Under the pieces are notes generated by a model that was not told where the DNA came from, ran no database searches, and worked only from the letters and a program-made list of their open reading frames with translations. A stretch of 64,000 nucleotides of DNA from Eledone cirrhosa. Its lineage: Eukaryota. The stretch lies in contig OZ024740.1 of the NCBI GenBank assembly GCA_964016885.1, positions 139,872,001-139,936,000 of the forward strand. The letters are read 5' to 3'. A program made the translations under genes and the position numbers. This document shows positions 29,011-44,027 of the stretch, one piece after another; positions within the stretch are counted from its first letter, which is position 1, and the number at the start of each line of letters is the position of its first letter.

Positions 29011-31094
29011 GGTCTACCATGTGTACCCTTAACATAGTTAGTTCTCGGTGAGATTTGGCGTAACAGTGTGTGACAAAGTTAGCTTATTTGAATCCCAGGT
29101 GCAACTCAGTTTTGTCACCTGAGTGAACTGGAGCAACTTGAAATAACTACTGTTCGAACTCGAGCCGGAAAGCCTAACCACTAAGCCACATATTCTCATT
29201 ATGTTACACTCAACGTATACATTTCTACAAATATCTAATTTATTTTTATCTTCGTTAGATTTATTTATATATTTTCCCGATTTTTGTTTTATCTCCCCAC
29301 TCCATAAAGATTTTTTTTTCTACTATTCGTAGTGGTCGATGGGAACTTCTTTTCTGTCTTTAAGGGTCTATTTTATAAGCTATTTTATAAGCTATTTTAT
29401 AGCATCTCTATGCATGTGCACACTACTCTTTATATTAACTTTATTTATTTATGTTTATATATATTTTATATATATATTTATATATATTTATATATATATA
29501 TATGTATATTTTATATATATATATTATATATATATATTCATGATTATATATATAATTGTTTTTACTTTGTTTTCAAAACCTTTCTTCCTGTTCACTCATG
29601 TCTTTGTCGGTCCAGTCCGATATTTAGACGGCTTACTGCAAGTTTAAGAATGGGCACCTGTTCTTGTTTAAATTCAAAATAATCAAGAATGTGTAGAATT
29701 CCTTGACTTGGTCACAACGTCTCTTTCCCGCCATTAAGACAAACTTTTTTTGGGGGGGTCTTCTTTTCTATTTTTTTTTTTCATGCTTGTTTTTGTTTCA
29801 TATTCGTTCACCTTGGTTTACCGGTGTGTGTGTCTGTGTGTGTATCAAATGGAATGGATTTGGTTTTAAAGCCAAATGGTGCAAACAACATGTTTCTATC
29901 TTATCAAACCCCCTCACTTAAGCATATTCACCTCAGTTGACAATACTAAGAGGGATCTAATAATATACGTCACGCCGAGGTAAACTTTGCCTTTCATCCT
30001 TACGGGGTCGATAAAATAAAGCACCAGTAAAGCACTGGGATAATTGCTGGCCTTGTGCCAAAGAAAGAAACAATTATTATAGATATATACCTTCTATCTA
30101 TACCTACTCTGCAACTTAACATGACATGCTGCCATGATTTACGATCTTCCTGATCTCCGAACCGTGAACATATATACAGTTCATGTATATATATCTTCAT
30201 TGCCTTCATCATTATTGACAGCCGACAGTTGTTGTTTTGTCTCAGATCAACTCTGATCCAGCAGATCTAATTCGAAAGGCTTTTGGCATAATAACAGTTT
30301 AGGAGAGCCGACTTTGTTTCCTTATAATATCATAATTAATTCAAATCTTCATTGAAATTTTGCAGAGGTACGCTTTTCATGATGGTGGTGGTTACGATTA
30401 TGCTAAATAATTTTTTTTTTATTAATTACAATTTTTTTTATATTTTCATTATTATATATTTCCGTTCATATACTGGATACTTTCCATTTAAGTTTGCATT
30501 TAAGTTTGCAGTAACTAAACGTAAACTCGAACAGTTTTTCATCGTGCTTTCCGATTTCATGTTCATGATGAATTAGTAATAACAATCAAAACAATTTCTT
30601 AGAATTTTTGCAGGAACGTAATGCAATTTCTACAACTATAAACTGTCAAAATTATTTTGTTTTATATATTTATTTATTTATTTTAATCTCATCTTTATAA
30701 TCGTAATCTGTGGCTTTGAAAATGTAAAATTTCATGAAAAAATAAGCATTAAGAAAGTTAGGATGAAACAAATACGGAGGGACTAAACTGTGATTATGTC
30801 TTAGCGGTGTTATTTACTAGTAGTATGGTTTAACTGACTGATCAGTCTCAATTGAGCAGACATATGAGCATTCCAGTCGTGACTATCCCCTCCTTTTTTA
30901 TATGCAAATCAACGTGCACTTTTTAATGATTGTGGTGGTGGTGGTGGTGGTGGTGGTGGTGTTTGTTGTGGTGTGATTAAACTCCAAGAGAGCGATTATT
31001 GAGCAAACCTATGATCGAGGGTAATTTTCAGCCGTGACCACTACGTCCATTTTCTGTGTGCATGGAATCCAAGACCATATTATCCTTTATTATT

Positions 31095-31572
31095 AGTTTC
31101 GAGGTTAACTTTGCCTTTCATCCTTACGGGGTCGATAAAATAAAGTACCAGTAATGTACTGGGTAATTTGCTGGCCTTGTGCCAAAAGTAGAAACAATTA
31201 TTGGTTTGGGAGTATCGGTAGAGGGTCGGACGCCATGCTTTGACGCATAGAGTTGCGGCCCTTGCCATTCTGAGTTCAAATCCCGCCGTGGTTAACTTTG
31301 TTTTTCATCCTTATGGGGTCGATAAAATAAAGTACCAGTAATGCACTAGGTAATTGCTGGCCTTGTGCCAAAAGTAGAAACAATTATTAGTTATTGGCAG
31401 TAACGGTAGAGGGTCGGACATGCTTTCCAGCATAGTTACGTCCCTTTACGATCTGAGTTCAAATCCCGCCGAGGTTAACTTTGCCTTTCATCCTTACGAC
31501 GTCGATAAAATGAAGTACCAGTAATGTACTGGCTAATTGCTGGCCTTGTGCCAAAAATAGAAACAATTATTA
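31095..31572 (+). mobile_element. Three head-to-tail copies of the same SINE
   Basis: ~190-bp period, each copy ending ggccttgtgccaaaa.tagaaacaattatt. Other copies of the family lie at ~6110-6465, 17365-17830, 23295-23410, 29970-30078, 51350-52180, 58020-58610, 59100-59270 and 63545-63690. Confidence 0.85.
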
Positions 31573-33414
31573 GTTCCTTGACAAGTGCGTAGGATGTGAT
31601 TTGAATGAAATTTTGTTGCTATTTCTAGCATGTCAAACAACTACGTAGAGCAGTGATCCCTAGGACGCTTTTACTTAAATAAATTGCTTCTGCCTATTAC
31701 AATTGCTCCCCTCCCAGATTATTCAACGGTGATAATAATAATAACTTAAAGGGAGAAATGTTTATACTTTGAGAAGGATGGATAACCAAAAGTATACGTG
31801 TATTGTGTTTTTCAACAAAGCTCACGGACACCCAGTACTACTTTGTGGAGCCCCAGACTGGAAACCGCTGAAGCAGAGTGTCCATCGTTAGGTTCCAGTC
31901 ATGGTAGACATGACTGTAGTTTAGTGTACCCTCACCCGCCTAAACTTTATTTCCTCATAATTTTTCTATTAAGGCACATTTGATAATGAAATTTTACAAA
32001 GATATGTTCTCCTTGATGACGATTACAATTCTGTTCAGGGAATTTAGAAGAATGTTTTCCACTAATTCATAGTTAAAGAAATGACATTGTGTTCCTGTAG
32101 AAAATCTATAACATATCCTGATTGATATTATTCATTCATTATCGACATGAAATTGGAAAGAAAGATTAAAACATTTCCCTGTTTGTGTTTAGACAACTAC
32201 AAACACAAATCAAAGGCATTCAGTACATGAAAGCATTAACGAACGAAACTTTACAATAATGAAAGTATTTAAACATTTTTTTTTTTTTTTTTTTTAAATT
32301 TCATCACCATAATTATAATCTTCATCGTGGAAAATGTATCTCTGTACAATTTCATTTAAAAATATGCATTAATAAGAAATTTATGATGAAGTAAATAGGG
32401 GATGGGGGGTGGGTAGTAAACTGTACTTACGCCCTCTGAAATACATAATGACCAGTCATGCATGTATATCGTTTCAATGGATAGATATAACTCTCTTGAC
32501 GCCTTGTGTGACAATGTTAGAAACCATTTTATATTAGAAGGGCGGTGGTGCAACGGAAACTCGAGTGATATTTAGTTTCATCGTTCTGCGAACTAAAGGT
32601 GGCCATGAGGGTGTTGGCGGCGCTACCATTAAAACCAACTCGGCAGCTACTTAGGGTACAGATCATGAAGATATTAAAGGTTAACAGTTTTATTCAAATT
32701 TGTATAATTAAATAAGATATGTAATAATTCCCTGTATTCAATAAATAAACAAGTATTCAAGGCGGTAGTGAGGGTCGTGTGGTGTTATGACATGTCACAT
32801 GACTTGATGTGTATGGGCGTGGGCTGTGTAGTGGAAAAATCAGATTTAGTAATATTCCTAGTGTTGGCAGAGCAAAAATGTCAATAAACAAATTTGTTAG
32901 CATACCAAACTGTAAATTGAAATTATTTTATTTCGGTGAATAGGACGTATAAATGGGAGAAAGGATCACACATTGTAAAGCTAGTCCAAGGCGCTAAATA
33001 CCCAGGCACCGATTCTGAATGAAAGTGATCTTTGAATATAGCGGTCAACTTCCACTTTGTAAAACTGCATCTTGTATCATTTCGTTTAGTGGACGGCGAC
33101 CCTGAGATAAATAGCAGTTAGTATATATTCTTGAGACAAGTGGCCAACATGTGGCTCCATCGATTGATTGTCATGAACCGTAGCTATGCTAGACTAACGT
33201 AGACATCTTCGAGGATGTAAATATTTTATCGAACAAAAATTCAAGTCTATGTGTGCGGTGTTCACTCTACAATGCTTCAATTTCCCCCATTCCGAGGTGG
33301 TAAACACTTCATTTTGGATGCGACATGCCTCGATATTTTCTTCAGCAGCAATCTGAAAATTTTCGCCTGGGTTTGACGCGAAAATTTTCAGATTGCTGCT
33401 GAAAAAATATCGAG

Positions 33415-34400
33415 GTATGTCTGTTTCGTGGATCTCGAAAAGGCATATGATCGTATTCCACGGAACTTGTTGAGGAAGGTTCTCCAAGAGTATGGGATCG
33501 ATGGACGGCTTCTTGTTGCCATGCTAAATCGAAACCCTTCAATCAGACTCCGCCAAAAGTGCGTATTGTCATAGTTTCCATGAACAATATTGATATGCGG
33601 AGCGGGGTTGGAACACAACCGGTGGGTGTGGGAACACAACCGGTGGGTGTGGGAATCCAACCGGTGGGTGTAGGAACCCAACCGGTGGGTGTGGGAACAC
33701 AACCGGTGGCTGTGGGAGCACAACCGGTGGCTGTGAGAACACAACCGGTGGCTGTTGGAACACAACCGGTGGGTGTGGGAACACAACCGGTGGCTGTGGG
33801 AACACAACCGGTGGCTGTTGGAACACATTAGCAGACGTTCATATTTGCAGTCGGCTGAGATTTACAGATGACATGGTGTGACTTAAATCGTCGGAAGGTA
33901 ATCTCCAACATGCACTGTATAAGTTTGCTGTCGAGAGCTGCACGGTAAGAATGAAAGTCAGTGCTGTGAAGACTGAGACTTTCGCTCTCCCGAGAAAGCC
34001 TACACAGTGCACTCTGCGTGCAAGAATTGCTGGAGATTGTGAAGTAATGCGCCAGGTCAGAAGAAAGGAGATAGGTGTAAAATCTAAACTCGCTATCTTC
34101 AATTTGGTATTCGTGCCAACCCTTACCTATAACCACGAATCTTGGGTCTCTCTAGGTAGGACCATTACTTCTCTGCATCGAGATATCACAGTTCCTACGG
34201 ACACATTTTAAAATGTGTCAGGAAAGAATCGCTGAACAGATTATTCGGGAAACTCCACCCAGTAGGAGATCCACGAGACCATCCGAGTTCACGCATGTTG
34301 AACTCGGGTGGTCTCGCTTAGGATCCAGTTGGATCAACTGGAGACGGTTGCTTCACATAGGACCCTTTGGAAGGTATGACTGAAGGCCCAAGAAGAAGAA
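33415..34400 (+). mobile_element. Decayed RTE-clade (Rex3/Expander-like) RT fragment with (GAA)n tail
   Basis: VCFVDLEKAYDRIPRNLLRKVLQEYGIDGRLL (33418-33515); FTDDMV*LKSSEGNLQHAL; MKVSAVKTE; KSKLAIFNLVFVPTLTYNHESW. Confidence 0.85.
33609..33826. repeat. 21-bp minisatellite, ~10 copies, inside the RTE relic
   Basis: Unit GGAACACAACCGGTGG(G/C)TGTG. Confidence 0.95.
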
Positions 34401-35124
34401 GAAGAAGAAGAAGAAGGAGGAGGGGGAGGGGGGGGGGAGAAGAAGTAGAAGAAGAAGAAGAAGAAGAAGAAGAAGAAGAAGAAGAAGAAGAAGAAGAAGA
34501 AGAAGAACTAGTTGATCTGTATATGCATATTCTGAATAATTTATAAAGGAAATAAGGCAACATGAATGTAATAGGAATTTTGTATATGTATATGTAAAAG
34601 AAAATGGTTTAAATTAAATTATCTTTGACAATGATTCAAGAAAATATGGAAGAAAGTTATTGTAATTGATTTAAATGATTGTAAAATGAAATTATTGTGG
34701 GAAGATTACTATCTACTTAAAAAGAAAGAATTCTCTCAAACGTACCACATATAGAAGTTTAAATGAGTCCATGTGGCATCAATTACTCGATCAAACTGCT
34801 GCTGGTGCATTTTACAATATTTTAACCCATATTTCCCAGAGGTGTCCAACTCTATAACTTTTCATATGTAATTACTCTAATGATTTTTTTTTTTAACTTC
34901 ACATATCCTTCCATAATTAAGGTTGATGGTAGTAAATCGATGGAACCACTGTTCATTAGATGTACTTTGGATTTTTTCTTTGTGTGCGTTTAATTCGATA
35001 AGTGACACAAGCAAAATGTAAATGCTAAAAAGTTTAAATTGTGAGTTCAATAAACAGTGATTTTGAATTCTGAGGGTCTATTAAAGAGATTCGGTCGATT
35101 ATAAGCCCTCATACACGCATTCTC

Positions 35125-35271
<147 letters not shown>

Positions 35272-35563
35272 ATATATATATGTGTGTGTGTTTGTGCACG
35301 CCCCTGCATATCTCTCTATATATAGCTCTCTCTCTATATATATATATATGTATAAACCCCAGCATTACCTAAAAAGAAAGCTGTTACAAGAGCGATGAAT
35401 GGTCATCCACCCCAACTATGTGTTAGCCTCACCAACTCGCAATTGGCCAAGCGTGATGAGCACAGCTACATCCGCGACATGGCCAAAGCCAAAAAGAAAG
35501 CGGTGAAAGTCAACAAGGGAGGGGCTCTTCCAACAGGAGTTAGATGGCCCTGGATTGGATTGG

Positions 35564-35627
<64 letters not shown>

Positions 35628-35681
35628 CCAATCCAAGTTGTTTTTCGCTAATTTCCAATAGCCGAAATACGATTCTCGGTA

Positions 35682-35726
<45 letters not shown>

Positions 35727-35760
35727 GGAAATGGCTTCTACGGTACTAGAGCTATTTCAG

Positions 35761-35812
35761 GGCTTTCCTGGTGATTTCCTTGGAATGAAACACTTCTAGT
35801 CCTGTAGAAGCC
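35761..35812 (+). ncRNA. Degenerate hammerhead, homolog of 23943-23993
   Basis: GGCTTTC-CTGGTGA-T-TTCC-TT-GGAA-T-GAA-ACAC-TTCTAGTC-CTGT-A-GAAGCC. Core has A6G. Stems I and II show compensatory changes relative to the 23.9 kb copy. Confidence 0.65.
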
Positions 35813-35922
35813 ATTTCTATATCAAATATTTATACTGTGCTATGTATTGAGTACCTTACTTACTGTGGTTACCCCCGATTGAACCCGGGATACACACGCA
35901 CATATATAAATATATATATGTA

Positions 35923-36072
<150 letters not shown>

Positions 36073-36079
36073 CGGCGGG

Positions 36080-36210
36080 CTACCGCACAATTTCTGTCTA
36101 CCAAATTTCACTTACAATGCATTTGTCAACCTGAGACGAAAGTAGGGGACACTTGCTCCATGTGCCAGACAGTGGGATTGAGCCTGAAACCACGTGGTTG
36201 CAAAGCCATG
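36080..36210 (-). mobile_element. Second (CORE-like) SINE family; another copy at ~9180-9290 (+)
   Basis: ttcaxxcccactg..tggca...tgg.gcaagtg...gtgaaattt.gtagacagaa pattern in both copies. Confidence 0.55.
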
Positions 36211-36595
36211 CCTTTATTCTTATACGTTATTTTTTTCATATTTTAATTTTCTGTTCCTGTTTGAACTCCTTCATTTCTTCCACCCACCCCCTCTCTTCCT
36301 TTCTCTCACACACACATACAACTTCTCTCCTTTCATCAACACCCCTCTTCCACTACCACAGCACCACCTTTCTTTCCGAATGATATCTTATTATATCTTC
36401 GTTTACAGCTCCTCCTCCTCCTCCTCTTCCTCCACTTTGTCTTTACTGTCCCCTCACCTCCAGTCACATCTCATCCGCCTCTTCTCTTAGACTTGAGCTG
36501 GCATTGCACTTGTAACAACAACACATACAGACACACGCATACTCGCACACACAAAATTAAACACTCAGGCACACACGCACACACTCACACACGCA

Positions 36596-36676
<81 letters not shown>

Positions 36677-37377
36677 ACACCGACATTTGCCAACTATGGT
36701 GTAACAATTACAACATTTAACAGCAACTAATACCACCAACAACAACATTAACAACATCATTACCACAACCACTAACTACCAGCTCTCACTAATACCACAA
36801 CCACTATTACTATTACCATTACCATACACAAACATCACTACCTCCAACCAATACCACCACCATTAACCCAACCAACCACCACACCCTCACCACAACCACC
36901 ATCACCACCACCACCACCACTACCACCAAGCACCAACACTATTCATCTCAAATCACAAACTACCATCTTAACAAACGAAAGACATATTGGACATGTAGTT
37001 GGAACTATACAATAAGATAGGATAGTCATGGCTGTAACACCTTTCATCGTATGTTTTCTCATTTAGAGCTGACCTCTAGTTAAACAACAGCTACAATTGA
37101 CTGTGAATCAACAAACTAGAAATAGCAGCCAAATCTCATTCAGACCTCACACTCATGGTCTTTTGAAACGAGTTTGGATTATATAGTCCTAGGTTACTTA
37201 GACATTAGGAAAAGACGAGATGATCACGGCTGGAATGTCTTTTATTTGCTCGACCAGGACTGAACGGGATGTATTAAACTACAAACACTACCATCACTTG
37301 CCAAATTTACTCACCACCTTTTTTGCTATAAACATTATGCCCCCCTCTCTCCATATGAAAGAGAGAGAGAGGTGTGG

Positions 37378-37437
<60 letters not shown>

Positions 37438-37559
37438 TATATATTCATATACATATACATATATGTCTGTGTATATACAGCCCCAAAAACAATAAACATG
37501 CCTTTTAGCCTACAGTACAGAAACCTTATTTCGTTATTCCAAACACACACTCACACATC

Positions 37560-37693
<134 letters not shown>

Positions 37694-38056
37694 CCCTCTC
37701 TCTCTCACTCTCACACACACACACTCACACACGCACACACTCACACACACAACGAGTTAGATCTGCTAAAAAATAGGGTAAAATATCCTTCAAACAACGC
37801 TCTGCCATATTTAAATGAGGGAGGTTAGAATTGATGCAGTTATGGATACATTGAAAGATAAACATGGTAGTCACAGCTGGAACCTCTTTGATCGTAATTA
37901 TTCTGGATAAGGGTTAACCTGGGGCTAAATAACAACCACGATAACAACCACTTCGTAATATCTCAGACTCTTTTACTGATTCTAGGTCAGTGGAACAGCA
38001 ATATCTGCGTTTAGTTTTTCTGTTCGTATACAATCAGTTTATATACACACACACGT

Positions 38057-38099
<43 letters not shown>

Positions 38100-39301
38100 A
38101 TATCCATAGGTCAAGGAAATCAATGCTCAATCTACCAATCTATTGCCAGAGAGCTTATTTAGTATACTTAAAATTCCATACACTTAACATGCAGACAATT
38201 CATAGGTGTTGCTTAAATGGTTTACTTTGACCACACAGAAGATTTGTGGTATTTACACATCCTTCTAAGTTATGTGCTCAATACTCACCAAGGGAGAATT
38301 TGACTAGCATTGCTTTAAATATTTTATAGTTTAGTTCAAGAAGAAAGAGCAGCACCCACGGTCATTTTTCTGTCCTCCGTGACTGGTGAAAAAAAAGGAG
38401 AAAGTTATTGGCAGACTGGATACTGGCCTGAAAGCTTGCATTAGAGTCGACTCCTCTAAAAGCAGCCAATAATCTGGTGTAGGTGTTAAACAATGTGACA
38501 CATTACGTCTATTACTAATACTCCTGCGGATGTTGCTATTACTGATGTTTAACCCCTGAGCAATCCTAACTGAGCAGACTTGTGATCATAAATATTTCAA
38601 CCATGACCATCCATTTTTTTCTTTGTGTGTGGACCATACAGTGTTCAAAGTGTTGATATTATAAGACTATAGGGTGTAATCTGAGCGAGATTTGGCTGAT
38701 ATGTCTAGCAGATCAGGCATAATCTGGGTTTAAACAATGACAGCAACAACCACCATTACCCACACTCAGTGACGGTGCTGCTGTTAAGGTCAAGTATGTA
38801 ACCGTCTAGGGCGCAGACCTGGAAGAGGCGCATTACTAAACCTCAGTTTTATACAAATTTGGATAATTAAATTAAATATATAACAAAACCGAGCCCTATT
38901 CAGAGCTATAAGACAAGAGAAAAAGTAGTAGAGGGTTTCTTTCGATGCCTTTGGCAATCTTTTTTATAGATACAAATAAATTGATAACAAACACCGTGTT
39001 AGCTACAAAAATAAACATAGACAATGATACCAAAGAATATTCCTGCCATATTGTATCTATTATGCATATGTATGTGTATGTATGTATGTACATGTATGTA
39101 TGTATGTATTTATGTACATGTATGTATGTATGTATTTATGTATTTATGTATGTATTTATGTATGTATTGTATTTATTGTAAACATATTAGCAATGTAAAT
39201 AAACACAATCTGACTTTCCATGTTGCAACAATCTTTAAGAGATTCATATTATCTTGTAATATTAGTATTTATCCCCATCCATTATATGTTTGTATTGGGG
39301 G

Positions 39302-39357
<56 letters not shown>

Positions 39358-40879
39358 CAAATATGTAAATATTATACGTATATGTAGATTATATATATTT
39401 CGTTTTTTTAGGATGGAGAACTTTCTGATTTAATGTTCCTACGTTTCTACCCTTTTCCAATCCAACTCCCCCCTTCCCCATCTCCCCACCCCCTCTCTCT
39501 TTCCTTTGTCAATCTATTTAAATATCTGATTTTTTTTATTTTATTTCTTTCTGTATTTCTCTGTCTGTAATCTGACTTTCCTTCTCCCCACCTCCTTCTC
39601 GCTTTATCCAGCTAACTTTCTGTCAATAAGAGGTGGTAAGCAAAATGTTGCCCGACCAAGAGTAAGAAAAGTACACCACTCCTCTTGTAGATTGTGTATT
39701 TCACATATTATAAATATTCTGGTACCTTCTATCGAAATAGATCCTTTGGGGAACATACACGGCCATCCTAGCAAATTTCTTCTGTTTGACATACGTACCA
39801 CTTCAGCTTCAGTTTTAGTTTGGGAAAATACGACGAAAGATGCCATTATATTTGACTGGGTATGATGAGCCGGTAGTAAAGGGCGTCAAACTTTGCAATA
39901 ATGAAATGTGTGTGAAGACAAATAGCCCAATGGTTTTATAGTATGATCGTGGGTTCGTTTTCTTGACCAGGCGACGAGTTGTGTTCTTGATGAAAACATT
40001 TCATTTCACGATGCATTTCATGACAGAACTATAATTAAAACACCCAATAAACCTCCTATGAGATGCAACCTCGTAGGAAGCCAGATAAATCTGCATAGGT
40101 GTTAGCTGTAAATGTAATGTCATAACAATGCAATGCGTATTCAGTTTTCTCATATAATTCAAATCATATGAGAGAGTTGGTGGCTTGTTCGGCGATGCTC
40201 CTCCCGAATGTTTTTCGCATTTTCTGGCGTTTTCCTAATGATATGGTCGCCTTGAATATTCATCATCTTGAAGTGACACTCGACCGTCCTTTAAACGTAC
40301 GTACAACTCGAAAATTATTTGCATCCTAAAGAACATCCACCAGCTCTTATGTATCAGATTTGCTGAGGTTTATACAAAATTTGATGGCCAAAATTTGCCA
40401 GCCAACGTAAAAAACGTTTTAACATATTACACGTGTTCAATTATTTAGCGAGGTTTTGTAACTAGTGTCAAGAGTGAAGGCATATGGACCGGCTAGCGTA
40501 TTGTGTTCTTCGGCAAGATGCTGTATTTCACATTGATATGACTGAGAGCCTATCATTAAAACACCCGAGAAACCTCATATGAGATGCAACTATGTAGGAA
40601 GAAAACTAAACTTGTATCTGTGTGGACTGTCTATTTCATGTATTTCAAATAGCCTGAAGATTCTTTGTAGACTGATTCAATTCGCTGATTATCAATGATA
40701 GTCAACCATGCGTACATTTCCATTGATTATTATAACCCTTATATGGATAGTTCGGAGACATTCTTATAATACCTTGCATGTTGATCCATTGGTCTTTCTT
40801 TCTACAATTTCATCTTTTCGTTATCCCCTTCTGATAGTCAGTATGACTGTCTATGTCTGTTTTCATACTTCCATCCTCC

Positions 40880-40973
<94 letters not shown>

Positions 40974-41602
40974 GAGAATGTGTGTGGTGCATGTAAAGAC
41001 AACACCCATCGTTGACACATGAAATCAGCATACAGTTACTTGCATTTTGCCAAAATATCAATCTACCATTCTAGCGAAGTTAACTGCTAAATGAATTTGT
41101 TTCGCTAATGGTATTCTCACACAATAAAAACATGCCTGTTGCTGTCATTGGATGGCATTAATGCTTTTCATATCACACTACTTCAAAATGTCCTTGGTTC
41201 TACGATACAGAATTGTATTTTTTTTAAGTGTTTATATTTATCTAAAACCCTTCCATTAAAATTTTATGTCAGAACCTGTAAGTTATTTCCCAAACACCAA
41301 CTAATAAATTGAAAGTTAGATTACTCAATCCCTGTAGCTTCTTGATTATGTTCAAAATTACTTGAAATCATAGGTTGGGATTCGCATTAGAAATATAATA
41401 AAGGCAAAGTCCATTCCTCACTGCAACTATAAAAGTTTCTCTCAAATTTGGATTACGTAATATTGTAAGAGTTCGCAAAAATATTTGGTGTTTTTTTTAA
41501 TTTATGTCAACACTTCTAAAGTAAATTTTTGTGTTCAAACTGCAGGATAATCTGGGATTGTTAAATTTTTTCACTCACCATATTTAGGATGCGAGTCTCT
41601 GA

Positions 41603-41668
<66 letters not shown>

Positions 41669-41674
41669 CAGTCG

Positions 41675-41769
41675 GGCCCCGACGGCCGAGCATTTGCAGT
41701 TTCAACAGCTAGTTCCAAACTGAATCGCAGATGTGTTGACGATGGAAAAAAACTGTTTCATCGGGAGAT
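41675..41769 (-). ncRNA. Degenerate hammerhead with long stem II
   Basis: Minus: ATCTC-CCGATGA-AACAGTT...(TTCCA..TGGAA)...AGCTGTT-GAA-ACTGC-AAATGCTCG-GCCGT-C-GGGGCC. Core has U4C, triplet GUC. The 3' half is homologous to the GAAACGGCTTGAGCTCAGCCGTCGGGGTC of the fold-back family. Confidence 0.55.
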
Positions 41770-41783
41770 TCCGATATTCAAAT

Positions 41784-41847
<64 letters not shown>

Positions 41848-42247
41848 ATATCGAGAAGGATGTTTTGTGTACTAGTGTACATAAACGTTCAAACATTCAT
41901 AGAATGAGCACTCAGTATATGTGAGCAGGGTGTCCAATTTATTTTCTAAAGAAAAGGGCAACAGTGACTTCAATGTTTCGGAGAATGTCCCTAATATATA
42001 TGTATATAAACTCGTATTAGCACCTGAAGAAAGGTCACTATTGTGATGCCTTTGTATGTGTGTGCGCTAAAAAAAAAACAAATAAAATATAACAGTCGCT
42101 TACAGATACAAATCAGACCTTAAACTAGATCAAAATACTTAATCATCCTACAGTTAAAAGAAAGCGGAATTTAGGTAAAGAGTCGATGCTGTCCTCATAT
42201 GCCATCCTCCTCAAATCCACCCAGGCACCCTGAGTTTTGAAAACACG

Positions 42248-43941
42248 ATGTCGGACGTTGATTGTAACATCAACACTAACACAAACACCAATAACATGCA
42301 AAATATAAGCAACACCAACCAGAACAACAACAACAATAATTACAACAAGAACAACAACAGCAACAATGATAACAACAACACCATCAACAACAACAGCAAC
42401 ACGAACAACTCCACGAACAAGGAAAAGATTTCCTTTGCTCAAACCGTCCAAAAGACGGAACTGTTCACATACCTTGACATTTCCAATGCTAGGGAAATGT
42501 TAAGCGATGCAAAACAGTACGTAACTTTTGGTGAGAGTGGTGCTTTCAGTATCACTTCTCCTCAACAGTTACGCAGAGAAACTGTTCTAAAAACAGTAAT
42601 TTTTAGGACGGTTTCAAATGTGTCGAAAAAACCGGTTCAGTTATCCCAAAACGACATTGAACTGGTTCTGAAGAATTCTATGAAGAATCTTGCCTTCATC
42701 CAAAAAGGGAAACTTTTTGGAAGCATTTCGGTGTTTTTGAAAGACCAATTGACAGCACAAAAATATTCTGTATCGCCGATTGTGTCCCCCCTTTACACCT
42801 TTTTCCCCACATATATGGGAAAAAGAACACAAAAAATAAAAATGTTGAACATTGCACCAAAAGTGCCTGGTGGATTCTAACTGGCTTCATCGATTTCGAC
42901 GAAGACACCATCATTTCGGTGGGAAAGTCCTCCAAAGGCACATTCAATGGTACAAGCATGGAAGTTCTGGTCCAAATGAGGCTAGAACGGATAGCTAAAA
43001 TACCCCAACGTGTGCCTCTGGATGGAATTTCACACATAAACATTTCTGTTGAGGGTAGGCTGCCTTCATGTTACCACTGTTTAAGCAGTGGTCACCTGAA
43101 GGCTTACTGTCCTCAGTTAACTACAAAAAAAAAGAGGCATTACTGCCAACACCCAAAACAACAACACAACCACCACCACCACAACAACAACAACACGCAA
43201 ACACACCCAAAACAAGAACAACAAACCAACCTGTAAGCACAGTCTCACCCAGCCCCACTCCACCTAAAACCACTGCAAAAACACCCACAAACACAACAGC
43301 TCCCCAAAACATACCCCTTCCAAATAACACAGACACCACAACAGACGAGGCCCCCACATCATCACCAAGTGACGATGAGGGAGAGCCTCTCCGTTCGAAA
43401 AGAAAGAAGAAAAGACACCACAAGAACAAAAAAACAACAAACATCACTACAAACATACAACCACCAACACAAACAACACAAACATTACAAACAACCCCCC
43501 CCCCGTCCCGAAAACAAAACCACGACATCACTCCAAACACAAACACCTACAACAAAACGAAAGCTCCCACAAGAACAACAGACAAAAACCACCGCAACAC
43601 AACAAGAACATTACACATACATAAACAGTAAAAACAAAACTTTAATGGAGGCCATATCCAACGACCCTTCGGTGAAAACCGAAGGTAAAACTTTTTTGAA
43701 CTGTGTAGACAAACCTAATTTAAAGATGATTAGGGTCCCTACGGACACCTATAAGTCTTTAAAGGAAAACTTTCCTAAGGACGTGGGTAATTCTTGTGTT
43801 AAACCCATTAACCGCGTCCTTTTAAAAAGTTTCCCTACCCTCACCCCAGAGACCCCCCAGACCCCACCCCCACCCCACCCCACCAAACATCTCCGTCCCC
43901 ACCCCGCCGGAAACCACTACCCACCCAGACAACGCCTCTAA
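42248..43941 (+). pseudogene. LINE ORF1 (gag-like, CCHC zinc knuckle), frameshifted
   Basis: Pieces 42248-42880, ~42880-43130 (EGRLPSCYHCLSSGHLKAYCP), ~43130-43600 (Pro/Thr-rich with KRKKKR) and ~43600-43941 lie in successive frames. Confidence 0.8.
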
Positions 43942-44027
43942 CACCCCCAAGGAAACCGTGCGGCCTGATCCCCGGGAGACGAAGAGGGGAGTGTTTTCTT
44001 CTCCTCGTTTAACTTTTCAGAACCAAC

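Noticed and set aside
35395-35560. 57-codon non-repetitive ORF start (MNGHPPQL...)
   Set aside because: No recognisable domain or splice donor; it ends in a TTGGA repeat like a retroelement tail.
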